In this document: positions 37,847-46,469 of the stretch, in pieces | Layout: the number at the start of each line of letters is the position of its first letter | Position numbering within the stretch: position 1 is the stretch's first letter | From: Candidatus Binatia bacterium | GTDB taxonomy: Bacteria; Desulfobacterota; Binatia; UBA9968; JAJDTQ01 | NCBI GenBank assembly: GCA_963666515.2 | Contig: OY762897.2 | Location: forward strand, 1,856,001 to 1,920,000 | Direction of reading: 5' to 3' | DNA length: 64,000 bases | Made by a program: the position numbers and the translations under genes | The notes under the pieces: generated by a model | The model's input: the letters and a program-made list of their open reading frames with translations, nothing else | Told to the model about the DNA's origin: nothing | Database searches by the model: none

Positions 37847-38200
37847 ATGAATTGGACTGTCGAGATTGTCGAGGAATTCGAGCCCGAGTTAATGGCCTTA
37901 CCCTTGGAGGTGCGAAGAACCGTCCTCGCCCTGTCGCGTCTGCTGCGGCAGTTCGGGCCACAATTGAGGCGCCCTCGCGTCGACACGCTGAATGGCTCAA
38001 AACACGCAAACATGAAGGAGATGCGGTTCCACGCGGCGGATGGAGAGTGGCGGGTCGCCTTCGCTTTCGATCCCCAGCGCTTGGCCGTCCTGCTGGTCTC
38101 GGGCGACAAGTCGGGTATGAGCGAGAGACGGTTCTACCGTGCGCTGATTCGCAAGGCCGATGAACGCTTCGACCGGCACCTCGCCCGGCTCGCGAAGTAA
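37847..38200 (+). CDS. RelE/ParE superfamily toxin (HigB/Gp49-like)
   Basis: GPQLRRPRVDTLNGSKHANMKEMRF, WRVAFAFDP, GDKSG, ADERFDRHL. Confidence 0.9.
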   Translation: MNWTVEIVEEFEPELMALPLEVRRTVLALSRLLRQFGPQLRRPRVDTLNGSKHANMKEMRFHAADGEWRVAFAFDPQRLAVLLVSGDKSGMSERRFYRALIRKADERFDRHLARLAK

Positions 38201-38208
38201 GGGAGATC

Positions 38209-38538
38209 GTGATGGGTCTGAACGTTGAAGACGTGATCGCGGGGCTTGACCCCACTGAACGCCGCAAGGTCGAGGACCTTGCGGCGGTGTTCATCGCCGA
38301 GGAGATGACGCTACGCGAGCTACGCAAGGCCCGCAAGCTCACCCAAGTCAGCGTTGCCCGCGAACTCGGCATCAGCCAGGACGCCGTCTCACGGCTGGAG
38401 CAGCGCAGCGACGTGTTGCTTTCCACGCTGCGCCGGACGGTGGAGGCGATGGGCGGCAGCCTATCGCTCATCGCCCGGTTTCCCGACCGTCCACCGGTCG
38501 AACTCTCCGGCATCGCCGGACGCGAGACAGGCGATTGA
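38209..38538 (+). CDS. XRE/HTH antitoxin (HigA-like), copy 1
   Basis: LRELRKARKLTQVSVARELGISQDAVSRLE; directly downstream of toxin. Confidence 0.9.
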   Translation: MMGLNVEDVIAGLDPTERRKVEDLAAVFIAEEMTLRELRKARKLTQVSVARELGISQDAVSRLEQRSDVLLSTLRRTVEAMGGSLSLIARFPDRPPVELSGIAGRETGD

Positions 38539-38580
38539 CCCCGGCCCGGCGGGCGCTACGGGGACTTTCTCCAAGGCACC
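38293..38580 (+). repeat. 288-bp direct repeat, copy 1
   Basis: Matches 39210..39497 (offset 917) with about 8 substitutions by manual comparison. Confidence 0.92.
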
Positions 38581-38627
38581 GTGTCGTTGGTCTCATTCCG
38601 TAGCACCCGTGTCGGCTTCTCGCTCAC

Positions 38628-39008
38628 ATGCAATATCTTGAAATCGCCCTGATTGTCTTAGTCATCCTCATTGCCTGCGTGGTGGTGAAGATAGGTATTT
38701 CCTTCGACTTGAACAAATTCCTGGAGCATCGTCACCAACGCAAGGAGGAACAGTTCAAAGAAGAGGTCCGAAGGGTGTGTCCCCATATAACGCCGGTTCC
38801 CGTCGGCCAAGAATGCGAGATGAGACCATCAATGATGCCGCGACCCGGAACATCTCTCTGGATTTGCGAAAGATGCGGATGGCAAACGCGGGACGAGGGT
38901 TTGGTGGACCGGCTACTCGAACAAATGAGAAATGATCCCGACGAACTGATCAAGCGTGAATTGAAAATGCGGCAATTGGCGAAGAAGCGTTCTCGCCGTT
39001 TTCTTTGA
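38628..39008 (+). CDS. Hypothetical protein: N-terminal TM helix plus putative Zn ribbon
   Basis: Hydrophobic residues 5-25; CPH...CERC; lower GC than flanking genes. Confidence 0.7.
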   Translation: MQYLEIALIVLVILIACVVVKIGISFDLNKFLEHRHQRKEEQFKEEVRRVCPHITPVPVGQECEMRPSMMPRPGTSLWICERCGWQTRDEGLVDRLLEQMRNDPDELIKRELKMRQLAKKRSRRFL

Positions 39009-39054
39009 TGGGCGTCATTCCACGAAACTCCTGGATCCCAGCTTGTTGCCCTTC

Positions 39055-39129
39055 CGCGCGCTCATCCGCAAGGCCGATGAACGCTTCGACCGCCACCTTG
39101 CCCGGCTCGCCGATGAAGGAGGATCGTGA
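39055..39129 (+). pseudogene. 3' remnant of a second HigB-like toxin
   Basis: Encodes RALIRKADERFDRHLARLADEGGS*, matching the C-terminus of the 37847 toxin; preceded by REP fragments (39013-39044). Confidence 0.8.
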
Positions 39130-39455
39130 TGACCGTGAGTCTTGACGAGATGATGGCTGCGCTTGACCCCGAAGAGCGGCGCAAGATCGAGGAGCGGGCG
39201 GCAGAGTTGATCGCCGAGGAGATGACGCTACGCGAGCTACGCAAGGCCCGCAAGCTCACCCAGGTCAGCGTCGCACGCGAACTCGGCATCAGCCAGGACG
39301 CCGTCTCACGGCTGGAGCAGCGCAGCGACGTGTTGCTGTCCACGTTGCGCCGAACGGTGGAGGCGATGGGCGGCAGCCTATCGCTCATCGCCCGGTTTCC
39401 CGACCGTCCTCCGGTCGAACTCTCCGGCATCGCCGGACGCGAGACAGGCGATTGA
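39126..39455 (+). CDS. XRE/HTH antitoxin (HigA-like), copy 2, orphan
   Basis: Identical to copy 1 from IAEEM onward; divergent N-terminal 28 aa; SD AGGAGG. Confidence 0.9.
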   Translation: MMTVSLDEMMAALDPEERRKIEERAAELIAEEMTLRELRKARKLTQVSVARELGISQDAVSRLEQRSDVLLSTLRRTVEAMGGSLSLIARFPDRPPVELSGIAGRETGD

Positions 39456-39497
39456 CCCCGGCCCGGCGGGCGCTACGGGGACTTTCTCCGAGGCACC
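39210..39497 (+). repeat. 288-bp direct repeat, copy 2
   Basis: Matches 38293..38580. Confidence 0.92.
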
Positions 39498-39571
39498 TGC
39501 CATGCGCGCGGGTACGTTTGTTTTGCAGACGAATGAGTGCCTATCTGACCTCCAATAATAATGGTCCTGGG

Positions 39572-40276
39572 TCAGAGGAATACCTCGCTGCCTGCCGCCC
39601 ACTGACTGTGCTTCTCCAGAGCTTTCCGATTGGGACGGTCTGCCCTGTTACGCGGCCTGAATATCCTCTTGCCCCGCAGTTCAGCATACTCCGTCCCTCC
39701 AAGCTTTGTATCGACGATGACAGACATTGACTGGGCGTCAATAGAGATATAACCGCGGTCGAAAAGCGTATGAATATCCGCTCGCAGCAATAGGCCGTTT
39801 GCGACCACATTGGTTCGCTTCCCCATATATGGCTCAATGTGCGCGGCTTCCAAAGCCTCGATCGCGGCACATCCGGTAATGGCGCACCGGCCCTCGTAAG
39901 CTCGTATCAACTTGTTACGGAATTCTGGTTGGCCTTGTCGGCGGACTATGGCCGCGATCGTCCGTTGTCGCGCGTCCTCCTGGCTTGTGGGCTCGAAATC
40001 CTGTTGTTCCGAAGACTCCTGAAATGGTATTCCGTTTGTGAATTCATAGTAGCGCCTAAGGGCAGTAGCGCAATTGTCCACTCTCCTAGTTGTCCCTTCC
40101 GTCTCAAGTCGTGACCGGATGTCTTCCACGTCTTCCAGACAGGATACCGTGGACGGTTCGATCGTGATGCCAAGTTTCCTCGACGCGCTGGAAAGATAGC
40201 TGGGGTAATCCTTGGCGGCGGCCTTCCGCCCCGCGCGCTTCAGATAACGGCTGAATTCTTCCTTGTGCTCAACCAT
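39572..40276 (-). CDS. HNH endonuclease (HNH_2 type) with unknown helical N-terminal domain
   Basis: RQGQPEFR, CAITG, LEAAHI, NGLLLRADIHTLFDRG; SD GGAGG; lower GC. Confidence 0.88.
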   Translation of the reverse strand: MVEHKEEFSRYLKRAGRKAAAKDYPSYLSSASRKLGITIEPSTVSCLEDVEDIRSRLETEGTTRRVDNCATALRRYYEFTNGIPFQESSEQQDFEPTSQEDARQRTIAAIVRRQGQPEFRNKLIRAYEGRCAITGCAAIEALEAAHIEPYMGKRTNVVANGLLLRADIHTLFDRGYISIDAQSMSVIVDTKLGGTEYAELRGKRIFRPRNRADRPNRKALEKHSQWAAGSEVFL

Positions 40277-40413
40277 GTGAATTTCCTCCACAAGAAACTG
40301 ATGGCGTTTGACGGGCTTGTTGCCGGTCCGGTCTTCGGATTCGGCGCCCCGGTTTTTCTACAGGACATCTGCCACGGGAGCTACGTTTACAAAACTGACT
40401 GTGCAAAGTTCAT

Positions 40414-40575
40414 GTGGCAGCAGAGACGCTGGCCGAAGAGCATGTCGCCCTCCTCAATGCCAACCTCGCCACCAAGCCGGATATCGCCGCCGTCAAAGCC
40501 GACATCGCCCGGGAACCTTACTCGACATCTTCCCCTTCTCTTCCTGGATGTCGTGGGCCTGTTGCGATAGGGTGA
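40414..40575 (+). pseudogene. DUF1640/CCDC90-like gene fragment
   Basis: Manual translation AETLAEEHVALLNANLATKPDIAAVKADI, resembling the LATKADI coiled-coil motif; both ends missing. Confidence 0.5.
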
Positions 40576-40579
40576 ACCC

Positions 40580-40984
40580 ATGTTCGCGCGACTCCTGCTG
40601 CTGTTCACCGTGGTTCCGCTGGTGGAGCTTTATCTCCTCATCGAGGTGGGCTCGGTCATCGGCGGGCTCAACACCATCCTGCTGGTGCTGGTCACCGGGG
40701 TGGTGGGAGCTTTCCTCGCCAAGCTGGAAGGGCTGCGGACCCTGGGGCAGATCCAGCGGAACCTGAGCCAGGGCATCGTCCCGGCCGAGGAGATGCTGGA
40801 CGGCGTGATCATCCTGGTGGCGGGGCTCCTGCTGATCACTCCCGGAATCCTCACGGATGCCTTCGGCTTCCTGATGCTCATCCCGTTCACCCGCAACGCG
40901 TTCAAGCGCTGGCTGCGGCGGCGCTTCGACCGCGCGAGCGCCCGCGTCCGCATCTACACGCAAGGCGGGCCCGGTCATTTCTGA
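40580..40984 (+). CDS. fxsA: FxsA family membrane protein
   Basis: VPLVELYLLIEVG, GLLLITPGILTD. Confidence 0.93.
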   Translation: MFARLLLLFTVVPLVELYLLIEVGSVIGGLNTILLVLVTGVVGAFLAKLEGLRTLGQIQRNLSQGIVPAEEMLDGVIILVAGLLLITPGILTDAFGFLMLIPFTRNAFKRWLRRRFDRASARVRIYTQGGPGHF

Positions 40985-42362
40985 CGCTCCCGACGCCGCG
41001 GCGCCCGCAACTCCGGCATCCGACGGCCGGGAGCTGCTGCGACTGGCCGTTCCCGCCTCTCTGGCCATCGCCAGCGAGCCGGTCCTGAACATCGCCGACA
41101 CCGCCATGATCGGCCACCTGGGGGTGGAGCCGCTGGCGGCCAAGGCCATCGCCACGAGCCTCATCGGCGCGGTGATCTGGATCTTCGCCTTCCTGATCTT
41201 CGGCACCACCAGCCTGGTGGCCAGCCAGTACGGCTCCCGCAACTACGCCGCCTGCGGCGAGATCTTCCGGCACGCGCTGGTGCTGGCGGTGGGCGGCGGA
41301 CTGCTGGTGGCGTCCCTCTGCTTCCTGTTCGCCCCGGAACTCTACGCGGTCATGGGCGCGACCCCGGAGGTGGCGGCGCAAGGCATCCCCTACTTCCGCA
41401 TCCGCTGCGCCACCATCCCGATGCTCTTCTCCATCTACGCGGCGGTGGGGTTCCTGCGCGGGATACAGAACACCTTCTCGCCCATGCTGGTGGCGTTCCT
41501 GATGAGCGGCACCAACATCGTCCTGGACTACGCGCTGATCTACGGCGGTTTCGGGTTCCCGGCCCTGGGCCTGCGGGGCGCGGCGGTGGCGTCGGTGGCG
41601 GGCCACGCCCTAGGCATCGCGTTGTATCTGCGGCTGCTGTTCTTCTCGGAGTACACGCGCCTCTATCGGCTGAACAGCCGGCAACTGCGCCTGCGCCGCT
41701 TCCGCAACATCTCCAGGATCGCCGGACACCTGGCGGTGCGGACGGCCGGGCTCCGGCTCTCGCTGGTGTTCGCCACGGCCGTGGTGGCGCGCATGGGACC
41801 GGTCTACCTCGCCGCCTACGAGATCGTCTTTCAACTCTTCATCTTCTGCTCGGACACCGTCGACGGGCTGGCGGTGGCCGGACAGACCCTGGTGGCCCGC
41901 CATCTCGGCGCCGGGGACACACGCCGGGCGAAACGCCTGGGCCGGATGCTGGTGATCTGGGGCTGCGTTGGCGGCGCGGTCTTCGGCCTGGCCTATATTG
42001 CGTTGCAGCAACCGATCCTGGCGCTCTTCACCTCCTCGGCCGCGGTGGCCGAGCTGGCTCGGAGCGAGGCCTTCCTGCTGCTGGTCCTGTTCCAGCCCCT
42101 GAACGGCATCGTGTTCGCCCTGGACGGCTTCATCCTGGGCGCCCACGACACCCGCTTCCTCATGTGGGCCATGCTGGCGGGCGGTCTCCTGCTGTTCTTC
42201 CCTCTGACAGGTCTGGCCTTCTACCTGGGGCTGGGGCTGTTCGGGGTCTGGGCCGGGTTCAGCCTGTTCATGCTTCACCGGCTCGCGGCCAACCTGTGGC
42301 GCCTGTGGAGCGGACGGTGGGAAGGCGCCTTTGCCCGATATCACGCGCCCCGGGGCGGCTGA
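40977..42362 (+). CDS. MATE family efflux transporter (DinF-like); start uncertain, upstream of ATG 41106
   Basis: LAVPASLAIASEPVLNIADTAMIGHLG N-terminal motif; GFLRG, NIVLD; about 12 TMs. Confidence 0.88.
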   Translation: MSDAPDAAAPATPASDGRELLRLAVPASLAIASEPVLNIADTAMIGHLGVEPLAAKAIATSLIGAVIWIFAFLIFGTTSLVASQYGSRNYAACGEIFRHALVLAVGGGLLVASLCFLFAPELYAVMGATPEVAAQGIPYFRIRCATIPMLFSIYAAVGFLRGIQNTFSPMLVAFLMSGTNIVLDYALIYGGFGFPALGLRGAAVASVAGHALGIALYLRLLFFSEYTRLYRLNSRQLRLRRFRNISRIAGHLAVRTAGLRLSLVFATAVVARMGPVYLAAYEIVFQLFIFCSDTVDGLAVAGQTLVARHLGAGDTRRAKRLGRMLVIWGCVGGAVFGLAYIALQQPILALFTSSAAVAELARSEAFLLLVLFQPLNGIVFALDGFILGAHDTRFLMWAMLAGGLLLFFPLTGLAFYLGLGLFGVWAGFSLFMLHRLAANLWRLWSGRWEGAFARYHAPRGG

Positions 42363-42493
42363 GAGACCGAGCTCTCACTTGCTTTTCCGCCCACGCCGGG
42401 ATATGGATCGGCTGGCTGGAACGCGGGCGCCGCGCCGTAACGCGGCTCGCGTCACCCCCGCAGGGAACCGCACACAAGGAGGAACGCATCACC

Positions 42494-43222
42494 ATGTCGG
42501 ACGTCGCAATCGTAACCGGAGGGGCGGGCGGCCTGGGTTCGTCGGTCTGCGCCGCGCTGGCCGAGGACGGGCTCAAGGTCGTGGTCGCCGACTACAATGG
42601 AGAGGGCGCGCAGGCCCTCGCCGCCAAGCTCAAGTCCGAGGGCCGGGAGGCGCTGGGCGTCGGCGTGGACGTGGGCGACAAGCAGAGCGTCGAGGCCATG
42701 ATCCAAAGCGCAGTGGACGCCTACGGACAGCTCGACCACCAGATCAATTTCGCCGGCCTCATGGGCCGCTTCGCCATCGCGGACATGACCGAGGAGGAGT
42801 GGGACCGGGTGATCCGGGTAAACCTGCGGGGCGTCTTCCTGTGCAGCCAGGCCGCTGCCGCGGCCATGCGGCCGCGCAAGCAGGGGCGCATCCTCAACGT
42901 CGCCTCGGGCCGAGGGGTCGCCGGGGCGCCCTACTCCGCGCACTACTCCGCCTCCAAGGCCGGGGTCATCGCCTTCACCAAGTCCATGGCGGTGGAGGTG
43001 GCGTCGGACAACATCCTGGTGAACAACATCTGTCCAGGACGCACCGAGACGCCCATGGCCCGGGCCGGCTACACCGAGGAGCAGTGGGCGGCCATCAAGG
43101 CGGTGGAGCCTTTGCAGGGCGGGCTCACCCAGAAGGACGAGATCACCGGGCTGGTGCGCTATCTCGTTTCGGACGCGGCGCGCTTCATCACCGGGCAGAC
43201 GTTCCTGCTGCGGACGCCGTAG
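42494..43222 (+). CDS. Classical SDR oxidoreductase
   Basis: TGGAGGLG, NFAG, YSASK, ICPG; SD AGGAGG. Confidence 0.92.
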   Translation: MSDVAIVTGGAGGLGSSVCAALAEDGLKVVVADYNGEGAQALAAKLKSEGREALGVGVDVGDKQSVEAMIQSAVDAYGQLDHQINFAGLMGRFAIADMTEEEWDRVIRVNLRGVFLCSQAAAAAMRPRKQGRILNVASGRGVAGAPYSAHYSASKAGVIAFTKSMAVEVASDNILVNNICPGRTETPMARAGYTEEQWAAIKAVEPLQGGLTQKDEITGLVRYLVSDAARFITGQTFLLRTP

Positions 43223-43241
43223 CGGCGGGCTTTGAGGAAAT

Positions 43242-43281
43242 GCGTCCTTCGACTTCGCTTCGCTACGCTCAGGGCGAACGG
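43242..43281. repeat. REP-like element family B
   Basis: GCGTCCTTCGACTTCGCTTCGCTACGCTCAGGGCGAACGG between the two SDR genes. Confidence 0.65.
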
Positions 43282-43324
43282 TAAGGTGAAACCGTTAACC
43301 GAGGACGCCATTTCAGGAGGTGAC

Positions 43325-44053
43325 ATGTCACAGGTCGTGGTGGTAACCGGCGGCGCCGGGGGCATCGGGTCGGCCATCTGCCGGGCGCTGGCGCAGGACG
43401 GCCACAGCATCGTCGTAGCCGATTTCAACGGCGAGGGGGCGCAGGCTCTGGTAGCGGACATCGGAAAGGACGGCGGCCAAGCGCTGGCCGTGCAGGTGGA
43501 CGTCGGCGACAAGGCCAGCGTGGACGGCATGGTCGCCGCGGCCATCGACAGATACGGCCACATCGACGTGCAACTCAACGCCGCCGGGGTGATCAAGCGC
43601 TGCCCGGTGCTGGAGATGCCGGCGGAGGAATGGGAGCGGGTAATCCGGGTGAACCTCACCGGGCTGTTCCTGTGCTCCCAGGCCGCGGGCAAGCACATGG
43701 CGGAGCGCAAGTCCGGCCGCATCATCAACGTCGCCTCGGGCCGGGGCGTTACCGGTCAGCGGCTGGGCTCCCACTACGCCGCGTCCAAGGGCGGGGTCAT
43801 CACCTTCACCAAGACCCTGGCCATGGAGCTGGCGCCCTACAACGTCACCGCCAACGCCATCGGACCCGGCGCCACCGAGACCGACATGGCCCGGGCGGGC
43901 ATGTCGGAAGAGCAGTGGACCCTGAAACAGTCCACCTCGCCGCTCATGGGCGGCTTCACGCAGAAGGACGAGATCACCGGCCTGATCCGCTACCTGATAT
44001 CCGACGCCGCGCGCTACATCTCGGGCCAGCTCTTCCTCCTGCGCACCGCGTAG
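43325..44053 (+). CDS. Classical SDR oxidoreductase, tandem paralog
   Basis: [17 protein letters not shown]; collinear with the upstream SDR. Confidence 0.92.
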   Translation: MSQVVVVTGGAGGIGSAICRALAQDGHSIVVADFNGEGAQALVADIGKDGGQALAVQVDVGDKASVDGMVAAAIDRYGHIDVQLNAAGVIKRCPVLEMPAEEWERVIRVNLTGLFLCSQAAGKHMAERKSGRIINVASGRGVTGQRLGSHYAASKGGVITFTKTLAMELAPYNVTANAIGPGATETDMARAGMSEEQWTLKQSTSPLMGGFTQKDEITGLIRYLISDAARYISGQLFLLRTA

Positions 44054-44098
44054 CGCCGGCGTCCTTTCCGGGGCGGCACTGAACGGAGACCGGAGGCC

Positions 44099-45778
44099 AT
44101 GCACACCGAGAAAGCCATGCGGGCCGTTTACACCATCCTGATGGTGGTCATCGGCTTCGTCATTCTCGTCCCGGTGCTGGCGCTGGTCTTCGGGAGCTTC
44201 TGGTCGTCCTCGCCGGTGGCCGCGGGGCACGTCACCCTGGACAACTGGCTCCGGGCGCTGAACATCAGCATCCCCACCGACCTGCCCACGCTGGTCTTCA
44301 ACTCGCTGGTGTTCGCCTTTGTGATGGCCGCCATCTCGGTGGTGCTGGGCGTCGCCATGGCGTTCCTGGTGGTGCGCACCGACATGCCCTACGGCAACGT
44401 CTTCGCCAAGCTGGGAATCGTGCCCCGGGCGTTTCCGGTAATCATCGCCGCGCTTGCCTGGATCCTGCTCCTGAGCCCGCGCATCGGCGTCCTCAACGTC
44501 CTGTTCCGGGAGTTCTTCGGCACCAACCTGTTCAACCTCTACTCGTTTCCGGGGATGATCTTCATCATGGTGCTCTACGAGTCACCGATCGTGTTCCTCA
44601 TCGCCCTGAACGCGTTCCGGCTCATGGACCCATCGCTCGAAGAGCAGTCCATTGCCTGCGGCAACACGGTGATGGGGACGTTGCGCCGGGTGACCCTGCC
44701 GGTGCTGCGTCCGTTGATCCTGTCCTCGTTCCTGCTGGTGTTCGTCATCGGGCTGATCACCCTGGAGGTGCCGATCCTCATCGGCGCGCCCGGCGGCATC
44801 TTCGTGTTCACCTCCGCCATCTTCAACATCATCGCCTCGGACTACCAGTCGCTGATCTACTACAACACCGCCGCGGCGCTGGCCATGATGGTGATCCCCC
44901 TGAGCCTGGGCTCGCTGTTCCTCTACCGCCACTTGGTCAGGCAGGCGGAAAGCTTCGTCACCGTCACCGGCAAGGCCCGGCCGGAGAACGTCCACCACCT
45001 GGGCCGGTGGCGCTACGTGGCCTTCGTGTGCGCCTCGCTGTACTTCGGCGTGGTGATCGTGCTGCCGGCCGTGGTGATCGTGCTGCTCTCCTTCTCTCAG
45101 TTCGTGGCCACTCCGAGCCTGAGCGTGCTCACGCAGCTCACCCTCAACCACTGGAATGCCGCCCTGCAGGACGCGGTTTTCTGGCGCGCGCTGGGCAATA
45201 CGATGCTTCTGTGCTTCGCCGCGGCCACCGCCACCGTCACCATCGCCCTGGGGGTCGGCTACCTGCTGGTGCGCAGCGGCGTCAAGCTCAAGGGACCCAT
45301 CGAGGCCGCCACCATGCTGCCGCTGGCCTTCCCCGGCACCATCCTGGCGGTGGGCTTCGTGTGGGCCTATATCCGGACCCCCGTTTACGGCACCCTGTGG
45401 ATCCTGCTGCTCTACTTCATCGGCAACTACCTGCCGTTCGCGCTGCGGACCCTGAGCCCGTTCCTGTTCCAGTTCCACAAGGAGTTCGAGGAAGCCTCAT
45501 GGACATCGGGCGCCAGCGCCCTGGGCACCATCACCCGCATCGTCATCCCGTTCCTGCGGGGCGGCATCTTCTCCGTGTGGGTGCTGCTCTTCCAGATCTA
45601 CCTGCGGGAGTTCGCCGGCGCCGTCATCCTGTTCACCTACGGCAACGAGGTGCTCTCCACCCTGCTCTTCCAGCGCGCCTTCGACGAGGGCCAGTTCGGC
45701 ATCGGCGCCGTCATCGGCGTGCTGATGCTGGCGCTGTCACTTGGGCTGCACCTGCTGGTGTCGCGGCGGGAGACGTAG
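44099..45778 (+). CDS. FbpB/ThiP-like duplicated-domain ABC permease
   Basis: Two EAA-type loops (DPSLEEQS, EFEEASWTSGA); about 12 TMs. Confidence 0.9.
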   Translation: MHTEKAMRAVYTILMVVIGFVILVPVLALVFGSFWSSSPVAAGHVTLDNWLRALNISIPTDLPTLVFNSLVFAFVMAAISVVLGVAMAFLVVRTDMPYGNVFAKLGIVPRAFPVIIAALAWILLLSPRIGVLNVLFREFFGTNLFNLYSFPGMIFIMVLYESPIVFLIALNAFRLMDPSLEEQSIACGNTVMGTLRRVTLPVLRPLILSSFLLVFVIGLITLEVPILIGAPGGIFVFTSAIFNIIASDYQSLIYYNTAAALAMMVIPLSLGSLFLYRHLVRQAESFVTVTGKARPENVHHLGRWRYVAFVCASLYFGVVIVLPAVVIVLLSFSQFVATPSLSVLTQLTLNHWNAALQDAVFWRALGNTMLLCFAAATATVTIALGVGYLLVRSGVKLKGPIEAATMLPLAFPGTILAVGFVWAYIRTPVYGTLWILLLYFIGNYLPFALRTLSPFLFQFHKEFEEASWTSGASALGTITRIVIPFLRGGIFSVWVLLFQIYLREFAGAVILFTYGNEVLSTLLFQRAFDEGQFGIGAVIGVLMLALSLGLHLLVSRRET

Positions 45779-45837
45779 CCGGTTCCTCGCCTCCCTTCCC
45801 GCGATCGAGGATCGTGGGTATTTTCTGGTTGACCTTG

Positions 45838-45855
45838 AAATACTCATGAGTATTT
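45838..45855. promoter_or_regulatory. Perfect 18-bp palindrome, putative operator upstream of hicBA
   Basis: AAATACTCATGAGTATTT overlapping TTGAAA/TATGGT-like elements; partial repeat AAAATACTCATG at 45869. Confidence 0.65.
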
Positions 45856-45912
45856 TATGGTATGGCAGAAAATACTCATGGAGTCACCGATAGGGCCGGC
45901 AGGAGAAATGGC

Positions 45913-46176
45913 ATGGATCTCTACAGGCTGCGAGCAGTCCTGCGAGAACCCTCGGACGAAACCGAGGGCAAGTACTTAGCCGAAATACCTGATCTTCCCG
46001 GCTGCCGGGCGTGGGGCGACACTTCCGCGCAGGCGCTGGAAAGCCTTCAGAGCGTTGCGTCAGCGTTCATCGCGTCTTACCGTGACCGAGGCGATCCTCT
46101 TCCGCCCAAAGTAGCGGCGGCCATCGTCGACACCAGTGAGCATCGGGGCTTCAGTGAAGTCATGGTCGCAGTTTGA
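45913..46176 (+). CDS. hicB: Short HicB family antitoxin
   Basis: YLAEIPDLPGCRAWGDT...ALE...GDPLP; SD AGGAG. Confidence 0.88.
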   Translation: MDLYRLRAVLREPSDETEGKYLAEIPDLPGCRAWGDTSAQALESLQSVASAFIASYRDRGDPLPPKVAAAIVDTSEHRGFSEVMVAV

Positions 46177-46382
46177 GGTACAGGGAACTCACACGCAGGC
46201 TGCGCAGACTCGGATGTGAGCTGGACAGACGCGCCCGTGGCGACCATGAAATCTGGATCCGTCCATCGACGGGCGGCAGGACAACCATTCCCAACTGGGG
46301 CAACCGTGACCTGAAAACGGGCACGGTGGGAACCATCCTGCGAGACCTTGGGGTCACACGCCAGGAGTTCGAACGCGCGTAG
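46173..46382 (+). CDS. hicA: HicA family toxin
   Basis: RGDHEIW, TTIP, DLKTGTVGTILRDLG; TTGA overlap. Confidence 0.9.
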   Translation: MRYRELTRRLRRLGCELDRRARGDHEIWIRPSTGGRTTIPNWGNRDLKTGTVGTILRDLGVTRQEFERA

Positions 46383-46422
46383 ATGAATTGAATCCCTTGG
46401 CGTCGTGATCGCACGCATCGCC

Positions 46423-46451
46423 CCTGGATTCCAGCTTTCTGCGAGAATGAC
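46423..46451 (+). repeat. Degenerate REP-like family A
   Basis: CCTGGATTCCAGCTTTCTGCGAGAATGAC. Confidence 0.6.
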
Positions 46452-46469
46452 TTTCCTGACGATAGGCGT

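Noticed and set aside
38293-39497. CRISPR array, integron attC array or IS element
   Set aside because: Only two long, mostly coding repeats; no regular spacers, cas, intI, transposase or terminal inverted repeats
6938-44053. Coenzyme M epoxide-carboxylation pathway (MetE-like + two SDRs + disulfide reductase)
   Set aside because: Genes are scattered over 37 kb, the reductase is canonical, and no alkene monooxygenase or CoM genes are present
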